DNA of 64,000 bases from the NCBI RefSeq assembly GCF_023055435.1, contig NW_025963864.1, forward strand, positions 62,001 through 126,000. The letters run 5' to 3'. The stretch comes from Haliotis rufescens. Taxonomy: Eukaryota. Below are positions 12,801-25,500 of this stretch, one piece after another. The notes beneath the pieces are model-generated. The model had not been told where the DNA came from and did no database searches. It saw nothing but the letters and a program-made list of their open reading frames with translations. Made by a program: the position numbers and the translations under genes. The first letter of the stretch is position 1. Every line of letters starts with the position of its first letter.

Positions 12801-13879
12801 CAATCGATATATATTCCAGACCAATTTTACCCGTGTATACCTGAAGGGTAAACTTTTTGTGGGTATCTGGCGGGCCTTATACAGAAGATTATTTGTCTGG
12901 CAATGGGTATTGTGCAATAAGTGCAATTGTGCAATTGTTCATTTTATGTTGGTTTCATGTGGTACCTCCAATGTTAAACCCAGCCCACATTTTGGGACCC
13001 TCTCTGGGTGGTCTGGCGGACCTTATGCAGAGGAAAATTTGTCAGGTATGGGCCGTGTTGTACTCAGTAACATGTACCTGTTCATCTAAACTTACTTTTA
13101 GTCAAATTTTACCAGAGTGTCCACTGAGTGCGTTAAGGGTCAACATTTGGGGGTGTCTGGCGTGCCTTATGCAGCAGACGATTTGTCTGGCAACGGGTAT
13201 TTCATACTTAGTAGAGTGTAATAGTTCATTTTATGTTGATTTCATGTGGTACCTCCAATATTTAACCCAGCCCAAATTTTGGAACCCTCTCTGGGGGTGT
13301 CTGGCAGGCCTTATGCAGAGAAAGATTTGTCTGGCGTGGCCCATTCTGTACTCTGTGAGATGAACCAGTTCATTTACACTTACGTTCATGTGGTACCTCC
13401 AATGTTTGATCCAGCCCTTGAATGGCCCCTTCGTTTGGGGCAGACATCCATATATGAATATGTTGGGTTACACAGTAAATGTTCCTGTGTTCGGATATTG
13501 GTACCTTGTTCGTTTGACCAAAGTGCTCTGGGCTGCTGCTCTAACTCTTGACAACTCGTATATCCTTTAGTCGTTGCTTAAATGAATAAACAAATAACAA
13601 TAAGGGGAGGATAGACTATGTCTACTCACGCTTCTCATTGTAACCATCGCATCGCTTGTTGTGTCTGTTGTATACAAAATACATACAGTCGTATTCTGTG
13701 TGACAGGTCACAGCACATAATACCAGGTTATTGTAAAGAACAGAGAACCCTGGTTTTGCTTTCTCATCGCTGTTGACATCCTGTTTTCTGCATATATAGG
13801 ACGTTTGATAAACACTGGTAGAGTTAACTGTCCAAGAGAAGCATATGCAGCAGAAGGTCCCAACTCCGAGGAGCTTCAT
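3893..13879 (-). CDS. Gene A: secreted PAN/Apple-domain + PLAT/LH2-domain protein, ~260 aa, 5 exons
   Basis: Exons 13879-13630, 8328-8242, 6110-5944, 5576-5490, 4084-3893; all GT-AG, phases 1,1,0,0, total 783 nt. Signal-like N-terminus; PAN motif CAVTCHTEYDCMYFVYNRHNKRC; PLAT motifs TYRIHIKTGKERGAGSKADLVLIIKG and DDWFVEYVLV...WLS. Confidence 0.75.
4280..5150. mobile_element. Dispersed ~0.9-kb non-coding repeat, probably a non-autonomous DNA element; other copies at ~19590-20420 (inverted) and ~47520-48430
   Basis: Shared blocks such as GTATCGACTCGA(T)CCGTG, TGATCAATGATGAC, CAGCTGGTTG, TACTCCAATGAACTCA. Confidence 0.65.
6275..6560 (+). mobile_element. tRNA-derived SINE, family B (copies 23176-23435 +, 50334-50410 - partial)
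   Basis: A-box-like TGGCCCAGTCGTCTAAG, B-box-like GGTTC(G/T)AATCCC, (CACT)n tail. Three recognisable copies. Confidence 0.7.
6870..7840. repeat. 13-bp minisatellite (GTGACCAGTGTYC)n with a higher-order 364-bp duplication
   Basis: About 70 units. The variant block TGTGTTCATAACAATTGTTC recurs at 7041 and 7405. Confidence 0.95.
9190..9760 (-). pseudogene. Dead duplicate of promoter + exon 1 (PAN exon) inside gene A intron 1
   Basis: Translates as TVYVRSSVYQTSHKCRKQD..., but ATG is changed to AAG, there is an in-frame stop at 9245 and a frameshift. 9660-9750 resembles 14115-14180. Confidence 0.65.
11000..11538 (-). mobile_element. 3' fragment of a non-LTR retrotransposon (LINE)
   Basis: Minus strand encodes NCSSGEVEDEYHVLLIC (C-terminal Zn-knuckle motif) and ends with AATAAA plus a (CTGT/CCGT)n tail at ~11000-11027. 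Confidence 0.65.
11539..13536. mobile_element. ~2-kb foldback / long inverted-repeat element with internal subrepeats
   Basis: 11539-12370 is the reverse complement of 12472-13536 (right arm has extra subrepeats at ~12600-12900). Central loop ~100 nt. Confidence 0.85.
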
Positions 13880-14299
13880 CTTACACAGCATGGGAAATAC
13901 AAAGAGACAGAATGTGCAAATATCTGTAAGACCTAATGGTTTTCTCACACAGTAAAACGTATAAATGTCACTGGGTCAAGGAATTTTGATACTCATACAT
14001 TTTTTGTGAATAAAAAAAATCACAAGTAATGTGATTTGACAAAAACACAACATTTAATGTATATTAATCATGTCAGTGCTATTGTCATTTTAAAATATAT
14101 GAGGGTTGAGTTCAAATATATGTTCCTCATCATACAGTTGATGTGCCATGGGGCATGGTCTATCTGTCAGAAACAGTATATTATTCCGACGATATGTTTC
14201 TATTTCTACTCTCACAATTCCAAGCAAATATCTATCATGAGCACACTGTTACATGGTTCTATTACTGATATTTTGGTTCATTCAAAAGTTATTGTATGT

Positions 14300-14550
14300 T
14301 GTGAACCGGAGTAGGATAGGTCTGCAGCAACTCATGCTTGCCGTGAAAGACGACCATGCTTGTCGTAAGAGGCGACTGTCGGGATTAGGCTCGCTGTCTT
14401 GATTGATGTATGACCTCGATCTCAGTTATGTGGATCGATGCTCATCATATTTATAACTTGATTGTCTTGTCCAGACTCGAATATTTACAGACCATATCGC
14501 TGGAATATTGCTGAGTACGGTGTTAAACAACAAACCAAACAACAAACAAA
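14300..14550 (+). mobile_element. SINE-like dispersed repeat, family C (also 42290-42548 +, 43770-43995 -, degenerate copies near 8430, 10300, 28550, 30080, 33700)
   Basis: Shared TGTCGTAAGAGGCGACT...GGCTCGCTG...CCAGACTCGA...ATATTGCTGAG with (AAAC)n tail. Confidence 0.7.
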
Positions 14551-15029
14551 CTATTGTATGTTGTATGTTTCGCTTTTATTACTTTCTAAATGACGTCTCA
14601 CAGATTCCTCTCAAAGATGAACCATACTCCCTAAACAGTCGTGGAAGGAGTCTCGACACATTCAAAGAAAGTATTGAGACACGTGGAAATAATACCATGT
14701 GGATTCTAAAGAAAATATAATGATTTGCTATACTTTCTATAATATCAGAAAAGAACCATTGTACACCATTATCCCACATAACCAACTTAAGGAAAACACT
14801 TCATTTCTTGATCCTTTGGGCTTTTATTACAAAATGTGGTTACAATTGATACAGTTTCACGTATATCTTCAACGGTTAGGGGCAATTTGTCAAAAAAGGA
14901 AAGCAAATGCCATCTGAAGTTTCCTGGGAAAACAATATTTTTGTATGTGAAATCTTGTACTTCCTCATTTACGTAAAACTGTTTGTAACATTTGGGCATT
15001 TGGGCGGGAAGTGTTCACTCAATGTTGCT

Positions 15030-15400
15030 GATTTGTTTAGTCATATTTTCTGCAAAGATTGGCAAAGTCAACAGGAGTTGATTTGACTAAGAAGGTTAGC
15101 ATAAGCTCAGGTATATCGGTGATCTAATATCGTCCAATAACAGCCAAATAGCCAAATCGTTTCCACTGATTTACCCACCTGAACTAGAAAGCTATAAAGA
15201 GACCAGTGAGACCGCCTCATCTCTTTCATATTTAGAGCTAAGCATAGACTTATGGCAAGAGGGATGAGTTCAACTTTCTAATAGTCAACGTTCCCTTCCT
15301 GTTCAGCAATATTCCAGCAGCTACACCCATTGGTGTGTGAGCATGCTCTTTCCACCAAGATTTCAAAGAGCGCCATGATGTCCGATGCAATTCGCTGTTT
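15030..15400 (+). pseudogene. Decayed Penelope-like reverse transcriptase fragment
   Basis: Homologous to 21640-21960 (CAGGTATATCGGTGATCTAATAT; CTGATTTACCCA). Confidence 0.55.
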
Positions 15401-15949
15401 TGACACACCATATGTTTTACATGAAGGAGGGAATCATTTCTAAAGATGTAATATGACGATTAAAGGTGTATAATAAATGGCCTGAAATACCATACTGTAA
15501 TAGTGTATTAGTGTAAGGTAATAGACTTATTTGTCAGATGCATTTGACAAGGTATATTTGTCACGTGTATTGTCTGGGTCAAGAGAATTAAACTGTTCTT
15601 GCAAATTGTGTGAATGGCGGGTGCCGTATTTTAGTTATCTATTGATATAATGTATTCCTTTCTATAATTAAGCAAATTTGCTGTATGGTAATATTGTTTT
15701 CCCAGGAAACTTCAGATGGCATTTGCATTCCTTTTTTTCCTAATATAAGGGGCAATTTGTCAAAAGAGAAAGCAAATGCCATCTGAAGTTTCCTGGGAAA
15801 ACAATAATACCATACAGCGAAAACGCTCAGGCAAATATTCTGACTAACTCCTGTTTCAGAGAGCCATACCAAACTCTGTGCGCTTCAGTACATATCATGT
15901 TTCTGTGCTCTTGAAGGAAATATACAAAACAGAAAAAGAAAAACAATAT

Positions 15950-16258
15950 CTTGTAACCAGCGGTGCTTAGAGAACCATGGTTTTGTGTTAACATTGGCAA
16001 GGCATTGCAACCTAAGGGGCTGTAGCCAGCGGTGCTTAGCAAACCGTGGTATTGTGTTAACACAGGCAAGGCATTGTAACCTAATGGGTTGTAGCCTGCA
16101 GTGCTTAGCAAACCGTGGTATTGTGTTAACACATGCAAGGCATTGCGACCTAAAGGGTTGTAGCCAGCGGTGCTTAGCAAACCGTGGTATTGTGTTAACA
16201 CAAGCAAGGCATTGCGACCTAAGGGGTTCTAGCCAGCGGCGCTTAGCAAACCGTGGGT
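15950..16258. repeat. 69-bp tandem repeat, ~4.5 copies
   Basis: CGGTGCTTAGCAAACCGTGGTATTGTGTTAACA... with period 69. Confidence 0.9.
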
Positions 16259-16522
16259 ATTACAGGCACGATTTGGTCGTAAACCGATGAACAGGTCTTG
16301 TGAACATTATTCATTTTTATTCAATAATATCTCAGATATATCATTTATAATGTTGAGCAATACATTTTCTGAATAAGCAAACGTTCCATTCTCAATTAAA
16401 ATACTGTTCGGAATCTAATATAATCGGCTTCTTCAGAGACAAGCATGAGGACCGAGCAATGACATGGTGATCACTGCACCGTGATTGTAAATATTAATCT
16501 GTGATAGTTTCTATTTTCACCA

Positions 16523-19500
16523 CTATTCACATATCTGGACAGACGAACATTCAGTAGAGGATTCTTCAACTGTGTCAGACGGAGGTACACAGCTGCATCT
16601 TATTCCGGTTGTCGGCTCATCCTCATGTGAACTGAGCCAGTAGGATGGCTCAAAACTCATTGTGTGTCTGTCACCTGTCACCATGTCTTCAACGTCCAGG
16701 TCCACCTGAAACTCGACAAAAACACTGATATTGACTGACTGATGAAAGAACGGAGCATTCATATGTTGGACAGTCATAGGAGGCGGGGGTTTGAGCATTA
16801 TTTTCTTATCTGTGATTGTTGAAAGGAAACTTTGATTCAAAATGCAATCATTCAGAATCAATCTAAATCACTTCTAACAAACATCAAAAAAAAAAATAAA
16901 TTTGATACTCGTTACTATAAATAGTGACCTTGATCTTCAACGTCCTTTTGCCACACAAGGATCTGCTGATGGTGGAATCTAACCTCATATCGTCCAAACT
17001 GTGGTGCAATGTCTGTCTAACATAAAGGTCAGGCAATGTGCCATAACTAAAATGCTCAACTTGGTCGGTTTTAAGTAACGTTTAGCTGTGTTCAATAATC
17101 TCAAACTAGAAAACATAATAGTTTATCTTCATCTACCGTAACTACAATGTATTCTTTGAAATGAACTATCTCTTCTTGTTGCGCACATTGTGACTGAATT
17201 GATGCAGTTGGAACGTTTAACTGACATTTATTGAAATTTAAGGTACCATCCATCGTTAGATGGGGTACCCCTTGAGACACACTAACTGAACAATGGGAAT
17301 GCCTTCCAGTCTTTATAGCTGACATCATTGTACTTGTAGTACACAATAACCAGGGAATAATATAACATTCAAATGATAAAATGATTGGTCCAGGATCTAG
17401 TTTTGACTCGAGCAAGCCAGACGTTTAAGCCATCATGTATACTCTAACACACATTAATGCTGTTGGTGTTGAGGACACACCTGGGTTGGCAGTTACAGCA
17501 ACATTGCTGCTAGTATTTGAGCAGTATTTTGATCAACATTCTGCAATAACCGAGTTAAGGCGTTTCTGAGCTCTGCTAAATAAGGACAAACTTCGTCCTT
17601 GATGATTCGTGTGGTCTATGCTCGTGACTTTTTCCCTAGCCTCAATCCCAGCATTTGACTACAGAAAAACAGTGATTTCATCATCTAAACAGGCATATTT
17701 TCCAATCATAATTTGTATCAATAGTTACGCAAATCAAATGTTTTAACATATTTTATTGAACAAGTTAGCAACTTTTCAAGCGTATGTAACAATGTAAGAG
17801 CACGAATGCACGTGCCCGTTTTTGAAAAAAACTAATGTAGGCGTGACGACAAACCTTTTTTTTGGTACATTCTTGACTCTTTCCTCACACTGAGGCTGTG
17901 CTGACTCACATATTCACAAGCGTGGTAACTCACCGTTTCAACGAACCAGCCGTTACTGTGGCAGCGATCAACAAAGGCAAGGCCAATTTCTTTCACTTCG
18001 CAGATATTATCGTTAATAAACTGAAAGAAATCATTTCTACAGATAAAGTACGTTTAAAGTAATTAAATCTATTCAAAGGGGGATTCCAACTATAAACCAC
18101 AAAACTGCATACTTGTAAGAAATTAGTGTTGAAAGCAGTCTCTATGGTAGAAGATCTAAACAAATCGTGAACGCTGTGACAAGGCTACATTTGAAGTAAC
18201 GTTAACAGTGGTTGGGTCATCAAACGGGGATTGTGGGGATTCTGGGTAAGAAAGGAGGGATGTCTCACTCGTTTCCCAGTTTCAAGAATCATGGACCACG
18301 GTGTCACTCTCTGAATTGTCAGGTCCAAACTCCGATGTTTCCCCACCGTCATATAGGTGTGATATTGCTGATTGTGACGGAACATTATATCTAATGAGAT
18401 CTGAGGATCACCTTACAATTGCATCATCTGAGGAAGATACATCCTAAATAGCATTCAGACGGTTAGCACTTTCGTTGGTACAACGTTGGCTGTCAACGTT
18501 GGTCGAACGCTGTTTTAACGTTCGGCCTAATGTTAGGCAAATGTTGACTTTGTATCGTTTTCCCAAAGTTTGTAAAGAAATGTTGGCCCAACGTTGGATC
18601 AGTGTCTGTTTTATTCTCCAATCCCATCAATATATTACTAAGCAATAAATACATAATACAATTAATATTCATTTGCATCTCTACGTGAAACAGGGGGGGG
18701 GGGGGATGCTGACGAAATAAAAGTAGGGTCATGAAGAAAATCAAGATTGGTTATTATAATAATTATAAAAACAATTGTCAAGTCTATGTGCTCATACTTC
18801 ACTACGGTTTCAGTGCAATAAAAACATGTTTCATTTTCTAAAAAAATGCACAATAAAAACGCTCAAAAGTATCTGCCCAAAGCTCCACATAATGAAGTGA
18901 AGCATTCGAATCTCTTGGCCTAATCCTATCTATTCAGGATTAAGGCAACATGTAAACCAGGTCAATAGTCTATACACTTTCTGCCCACGTTATATTTCCT
19001 CGATAGATTAAAACAATCGCAAAGGTGAATACCCCAGCCACATAATGAAAACAGACAAATTTCGTAGAGTTAGATTTATTTGTAACCTGACAAGTCATAA
19101 CATATTGATCTTGGTATGGTCTTCAACTGTATCCACGATCTCTCTTTGTACCCTGACCACTGAAATAAACAATGACACAAATAAAACATATTGACATGAC
19201 AGGAAATATGTTCTTGGATATAAACAAAAATGGGTTCTCTTCTCCGTTCAGAAAATAAAAAAAATGTTGAATGTCCGAATCCTAGCCGTCCATTTTCCCT
19301 AATAGTAAATGGTGAAACTGCCATAAAAGGGCGGTGTACTTTAAGTAATTGATAATAGTAGAATGAGTGAGTGAGTGGGCATGGTTTTACACCGCTTTCA
19401 ACAATATTCCAGCAATATCACGCCAAGGGACACCAGAAACAGGCTCCACGTATTTCACCCATGTCGGGAATCAAACCCGGGCCTTCGGCGTGATGAGCGA

Positions 19501-22500
19501 ACGCTTTAACCACTAGGCTACCCAACCTCCCCTCATGGGAGAATGACCAGAATATATCTTTCAACATTTGAATTGTTTAATATGTCTCTATTGAAGAATT
19601 GACTTTTACTTTGGGGGAGTTCATTGGCGAATGAACCTTCATAGAGTGAGGGCCAAACTGTGTGAACGTCAAGAGACAAAGTGAAAGTCAATTCTTATAT
19701 ATTTTGTCATAATTTCTTACCTCAAAGGATACAGGCCAAGATCTATACACCATTTTATTTTGTACGCCGGGCTTCAAGTTTACACTGACAGCCATACAAC
19801 AACCAGCTATGTTGCACAAAGAAATAGTTCTTCAAAAAGAGAGGTGACATCTTACGCAACACACGTATTCAAATGACGAGATAGGTCGGTTAAGAACCAC
19901 CTCAGTAAGACAGTCCCAATGACAGTGCGTCGTCATACATTTACATTAAGTACAAGACGTGAAAATGGCCGACACGATAAACGTGACGGGAGACATTTCG
20001 GGAGTTTCTAATGAACCCATGGCGGTTACATGTTTCAGTCATCATTGATCAATTGTCCGATCATTGAAATGTGATTAACATATGTCAAACAGACACTATG
20101 GTATACTCAAAGATTGCTGTAGACAGTCACCGCCAGCCTTGACACGGATCGAGTCGATACTACCATATTTAGTTTGTATGTGCATTTCTTCGTTTTGTTC
20201 ACTAGGATGAGTCGTAGCGAGGATATTCGTGAACGATCATGCAGTCGAGCTCTGACGTTTCTCAATGTAAACTGAAACGCTCAAGATTAAAGTGTCTAAA
20301 TGTTATAAATGATCAGAAAGAACGCTTCTATACGTATTCGTCTAGGAAATTCCAAGGGATTTCCCCAAGAATGTGGAAGTAGTCCGTCAGTGTTTACTTC
20401 ATTTCAAGAACATGGTCTCTTAAAATAGTATGGACGTCACATTATGTGAAGATAAATCACAAAGCATCACATTCTCATATATATAAATAAAGGTAAATCC
20501 TATTTACCAAGAGTATGATGTATTGGCAAACAGTTTAATCAGCAAATAAAAATCAACTGTTATTATTCACAGATACTAATTATTTACCTTTCTGTTGCAC
20601 CTCAGAAGCTAGTGATTCCAAATATTAATGCAAATAGTTTCTCAAACTGGTGTGATAAAAATATAGATGCTTATATAGCTAATATATAAAATAGTTTGTA
20701 GAGCATGAAAGTTGAGTATGAATAATGAATTGACATTCCGATGATAAAGTGATACAATTTTTTTGAAGCCGTGCATTGATCAGGAGTCAACATGCCATCA
20801 TCAGTATATCATGTGCACGTGATGCCTAGAGTTGTAGAAAGCCTCATTCTGAATATCATTTAATTTGATTAATATAAAAAATTTATTTAATTTATGACCG
20901 CTGTCACAAGCAAATGCGAGGTGGATCTTTTCAATTGAGATTTGTTTCGATCTTCCGCGAGAATAAAAGCAGCCAATATTCACACCTTCAGTATCTCCAA
21001 GGCAGTCATTTCCTCGCCTGAAAACAAAGTGTCCACTGAGACCATTCGTTTTAAAACTGTCTTACTTCTCCTTCATGAACCTTTGGGACTGCACGAAGTA
21101 AGAACAAGACTATTCATACTGTCACTGAAAGAAATCAAACGACTCGGCTACCCTACATGAAACATGTACCCTACATGTGTGTGGTTGATCAAAGAACTTG
21201 ATATAAGTCACTATCAAACAATGCCACATGGAAGTCCAGAATGGTAAGTGATGACGCCATGAATCAGCACTATGAACGTTCGACATAACTCTAAAGCCTG
21301 AAGACATGTCAATTCTTCTTTTGAAAATCTGTTCAAAGAGAGACATATTGATGAGTTTGCCAAATGCCAAACCCTGTCTCAATGATTATCCATAATCCGT
21401 TATACAATCAAGGAATGACTGTTTATAAATTCACCTATATTATTTGAGACAAACGGACTTACTAACATGAGGATTCTCAAAAACTCAAAGGATTTGCTTT
21501 ATTTTTTAAAAATAGAAAATAACCATCTTCAGTTCTGTCAAAACATTTGATTGTTTAACTTATACATATAGGTACAGTTTTTGGGTTATACAATAAGGCA
21601 AGAAGTAGGCATCACCATGGGTATCTATTGTGCTCACCTCCTCGCTGATCTGTTTCTTCATGCACGTGAATATCTGCTCGGATTGGCAAAGTCGAAAGAC
21701 GGTAATTTGGCCCAGAAGTTTAACTTAAGCTTCAGGTATATCGGTGATCTAATATTGTTCAATGACCAACAGATAGCCATTTCCCTTCCTCTGATTTACC
21801 CAACTGAACCGGAAATATATGCATTAAGACTCAGTGAGAAAACACAAGACTAGACTCCACAAGACTAGACTGTATGGCAAAGAGGTATGACTTCAATTTT
21901 CCATTAATCAACTTTGTTTTTATGCCCAGCAATATTCTTGCAGCTCCATCTTTTGACGTTTATATTTCCTACTTTCTGAAGTACAAACGAGTACAAAAAA
22001 CAGCGTCATAAGATTCTTACTCATAAATTTCTTGATCAAAGATACAATAGCCAAGGCCTGAGTAAAATGTTCACAAAGTTTTATGTTAGACACGAATTTG
22101 ACTCTTCAGTGACAGCAAATTAGGTGAATTTTGGACTTGCCTTTGCATGTGTTTGTGACGAGTGAGACCAGTTGGTAGGATACGTTCACATTTTCGCGAA
22201 ATCTGGCATAATTACTAGTTGATAGAGATTCAGAAGCACATGCTCATCATGTAGTTGGAATCAAACACTCGACTCTGCTTTTGGCAACGATTTCTGATGT
22301 ATACGTAAAAGGTCGCGTCGCTTTTAATTAACTAAATCATCATATTCATTGAACGTGAACAACAACCACTAACACCTATGTGGAATACATTCAGGATGCT
22401 TATTTTGATGATGCTCAAAATTTAAAAATAAAACTACATATAAAAACTGGCTTTTGGGATACAAACAATGTTACAGGCAGGTCCGGTCATTCTGTCATTA

Positions 22501-25500
22501 CATGCTGACAACATTTCAACAGGCATTATCTCAATACTGTGGTTGTGGGAGTCCACCACACTGGTGTTCAGGCGACGATGTGGTCACTCGCTGTTCGTTG
22601 ACCTTTCACTGTTTGAACTTAAACGATTGACACTGCAACTTAAGCGATGTCTAATCAGCTGCCAGGCGCATATCACTTTGCACTAACTTGTCCTCGCGAT
22701 CACGACCAGCCATATGATACTGACAAACTCGAATATCTTTGGATGTTATTATATGTATGCTACATTATGCCAGCAACAGTCATGATGGTTGTGAAAGAAG
22801 ATGTTGTCAATTTCCTGAAATCGGTTACACTTGCTATTCTGAATGAAAATTGAAGGGGTATATTTATTCCAAGGTACTGATTGGAAATAATTTTGACCAT
22901 TACATTAATAAAACACTTACCTCTACATACAAGGAAAACAGTACACAGATAACCAAGCTTGTGTCCTCCAGCTCGCCTCGTTTGCATGACAAGACGCGCA
23001 AAAAAGTGTCCTCTGGGAGAAGCTGTCTCTTAAATTTCTGAAATGTTATCCTTCGGTAACAATATTGGACCAACATAGGAACCTGTGGGCGAAATTTCCA
23101 GTCACAGCCAACGATACCAAGCGTCTTAAGACCATCTGGGATGTCGTGCACAGTTTTATAAAGTCATTTTATAATCCTAGTCGTCCAAGGCGCCGCGATT
23201 CGCTGTACAGAGTTGCGTCCCTTGGGCACGCCCGAAAACTATGGTTCGCGGGTTCGAATCCCGGTTCGCTCCGATTATGTTTTTAGGTTTGTCAGCACCA
23301 TACCCGTGCTCGTGGGTTTCACCGAAATGGTAAACGTCTGAGACCTGCATCACTTCGGGTTTTCATCCCACAGTAAGCTGATACGACGTGATATAACCTT
23401 AATACTGTTAAAAGCGGCGTTAAAACCAAACTCGCTTTTCTTTAGTGGAAGAGTGAATGTGATTAGGGGATATATTTGTTATATTTTCCAGCAATTTTCC
23501 AACAATGAAAAATGTAACCATTCGCTTGGATATAAACTAAGCGCCACCTTTGACGGCGCTCCAGTCGGAAATCGTGTAGTTACCTGCAATGTGCATCATC
23601 GTTCTTCAACTACATTCTAGTCGGGAACAGTTTAGTTACCTGGAATGTGCATCGTCCTCCTTCAGCTTAATTCCAGTCGGAAACAGTTTAGTTACCTGGA
23701 ATGTGCATCATCGTTCTTCAACTACATTCTAGTCGGGAAGAGGTTAGTTACCTGGAATGTGCATCGTCGTTCTTCAGCTAGATTCCGGTCTGTAACAGTT
23801 AAGTTACCTGGAATGTGCAACGTCGTCCTTCAGCTACATTCCGGTCTGTAACAGTTAAGTTACCTGGAATGTGCAACGTCGTCCTTCAGCTACATTCCGG
23901 TCTGTAACAGTTAAGTTACCTGGAATGTGCAACGTCGTCCTTCAGCTACATTCCGGTCTGTAACAGTTAAGTTACCTGGAATGTGCAACGTCGTCCTTCA
24001 GCTACATTCCAGTCGGAAACAGTTTACTTACCTGGAATGTGCATCGTCGTCCTTCAGCTAGATTCCAGTCAGGAAGAGTTTAGCTACCTGGAATGTGCAT
24101 CATCGTTCTTCAACTACATTCTAGTCGGGAAGAGGTTAGTTACCTGGAATGTGCATCGTCGTTCTTCAGCTACATTCCGGTCTGTAACAGTTAAGTTACC
24201 TGGAATGTGCAACGTCGTCCTTCAGCTACATTCCGGTCTGTAACAGTTAAGTTACCTGGAATGTGCAACGTCGTCCTTCAGCTACATTCCGGTCTGTAAC
24301 AGTTAAGTTACCTGGAATGTGCAACGTCGTCCTTCAGATACATTCCAGTCGGGAACAGTTTAGCTACCTGGAATGTGCATCATCGTTCTTCAACTACATT
24401 CTAGTCGGGAAGAGTTAAGTTACCTGGAATGTGCATCGCCATTCTTCAACTACATTCTAGTCCGGAACAGTTTAGTTACCTGGAATGTGCATCGTCCTCC
24501 TTCAGCTTAATTCCAGTCGGAAACAGGTTTGTCACATGGAATGTGCATCTTCGTTCTTCAGCTACTTTCTAGTCGGGAACAGTTTAGTTACCTGGAATAT
24601 GCATCGTCGTTCTTCAGCTACATTCCGGTCTGAAACAGTTAAGTTACCTGGAATGTGCAACGTCGTCCTTCAGCTACATTCCAGACGGGAACAGTTTAGT
24701 TACCTGGAATGTGCATCGTCCTCCTTCAGCTACATTCCGGTCTGATACAGTTAAGTTACCTGGAATGTGCAACGTCGTCCTTCAGCTACATTCCAGTCGG
24801 GAACAGTTTAGTTACCTGAAATGTGCATCAATGTTCTTCAACTACATTCTAGTCGGGAAGAGTTTAGTTACCTGGAATGTGCAACGTCGTCCTTCAGCTA
24901 CATTCAAGACGGGAACAGTTTAGTTACCTGGAATGTGCATCGTCCTCCTTCAGCTACATTCCGGTCTGATACAGTTAAGTTACCTGGAATGTGCAACGTC
25001 GTCCTTCAGCTACATTCCAGTCGGGAACAGTTTAGTTACCTGAAATGTGCATCAATGTTATTCAACTACATTCTAGTCGGGAAGAGTTTAGTTACCTGGA
25101 ATGTGCAACGTCGTCCTTCAGCTACATTCCAGTCGGGAACAGTTTAGTTACCTGGAATGTGCAACGTCGTCCTTCAGCTAGATTCCAGTCAGAAAGAGTT
25201 TAGTTACCTGGAATGTGCAACGTCGTCCTTCAGCTACATTCCAGTCGGGAACAGTTTAGTTACCTGGAATGTGCAACGTCGTCCTTCAGCTAGATTCCAG
25301 TCAGAAAGAGTTAAGTTACCTGGAATGTGCAACGTCGTCCTTCAGCTACATTCCAGTCGGGAACAGTTTAGTTACCTGGAATGTGCAACGTCGTCCTTCA
25401 GCTAGATTCCAGTCAGAAAGAGTTTAGTTACCTGGAATATGCAACGTCGTCCTTCAGCTACATTCCAGTCGGGAACAGTTTAGTTACCTGGAATGTGCAA

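Noticed and set aside
11401-13570. Multiple 60-170 aa ORFs on both strands
   Set aside because: Mirror-image translations of the foldback arms with no domain motifs.
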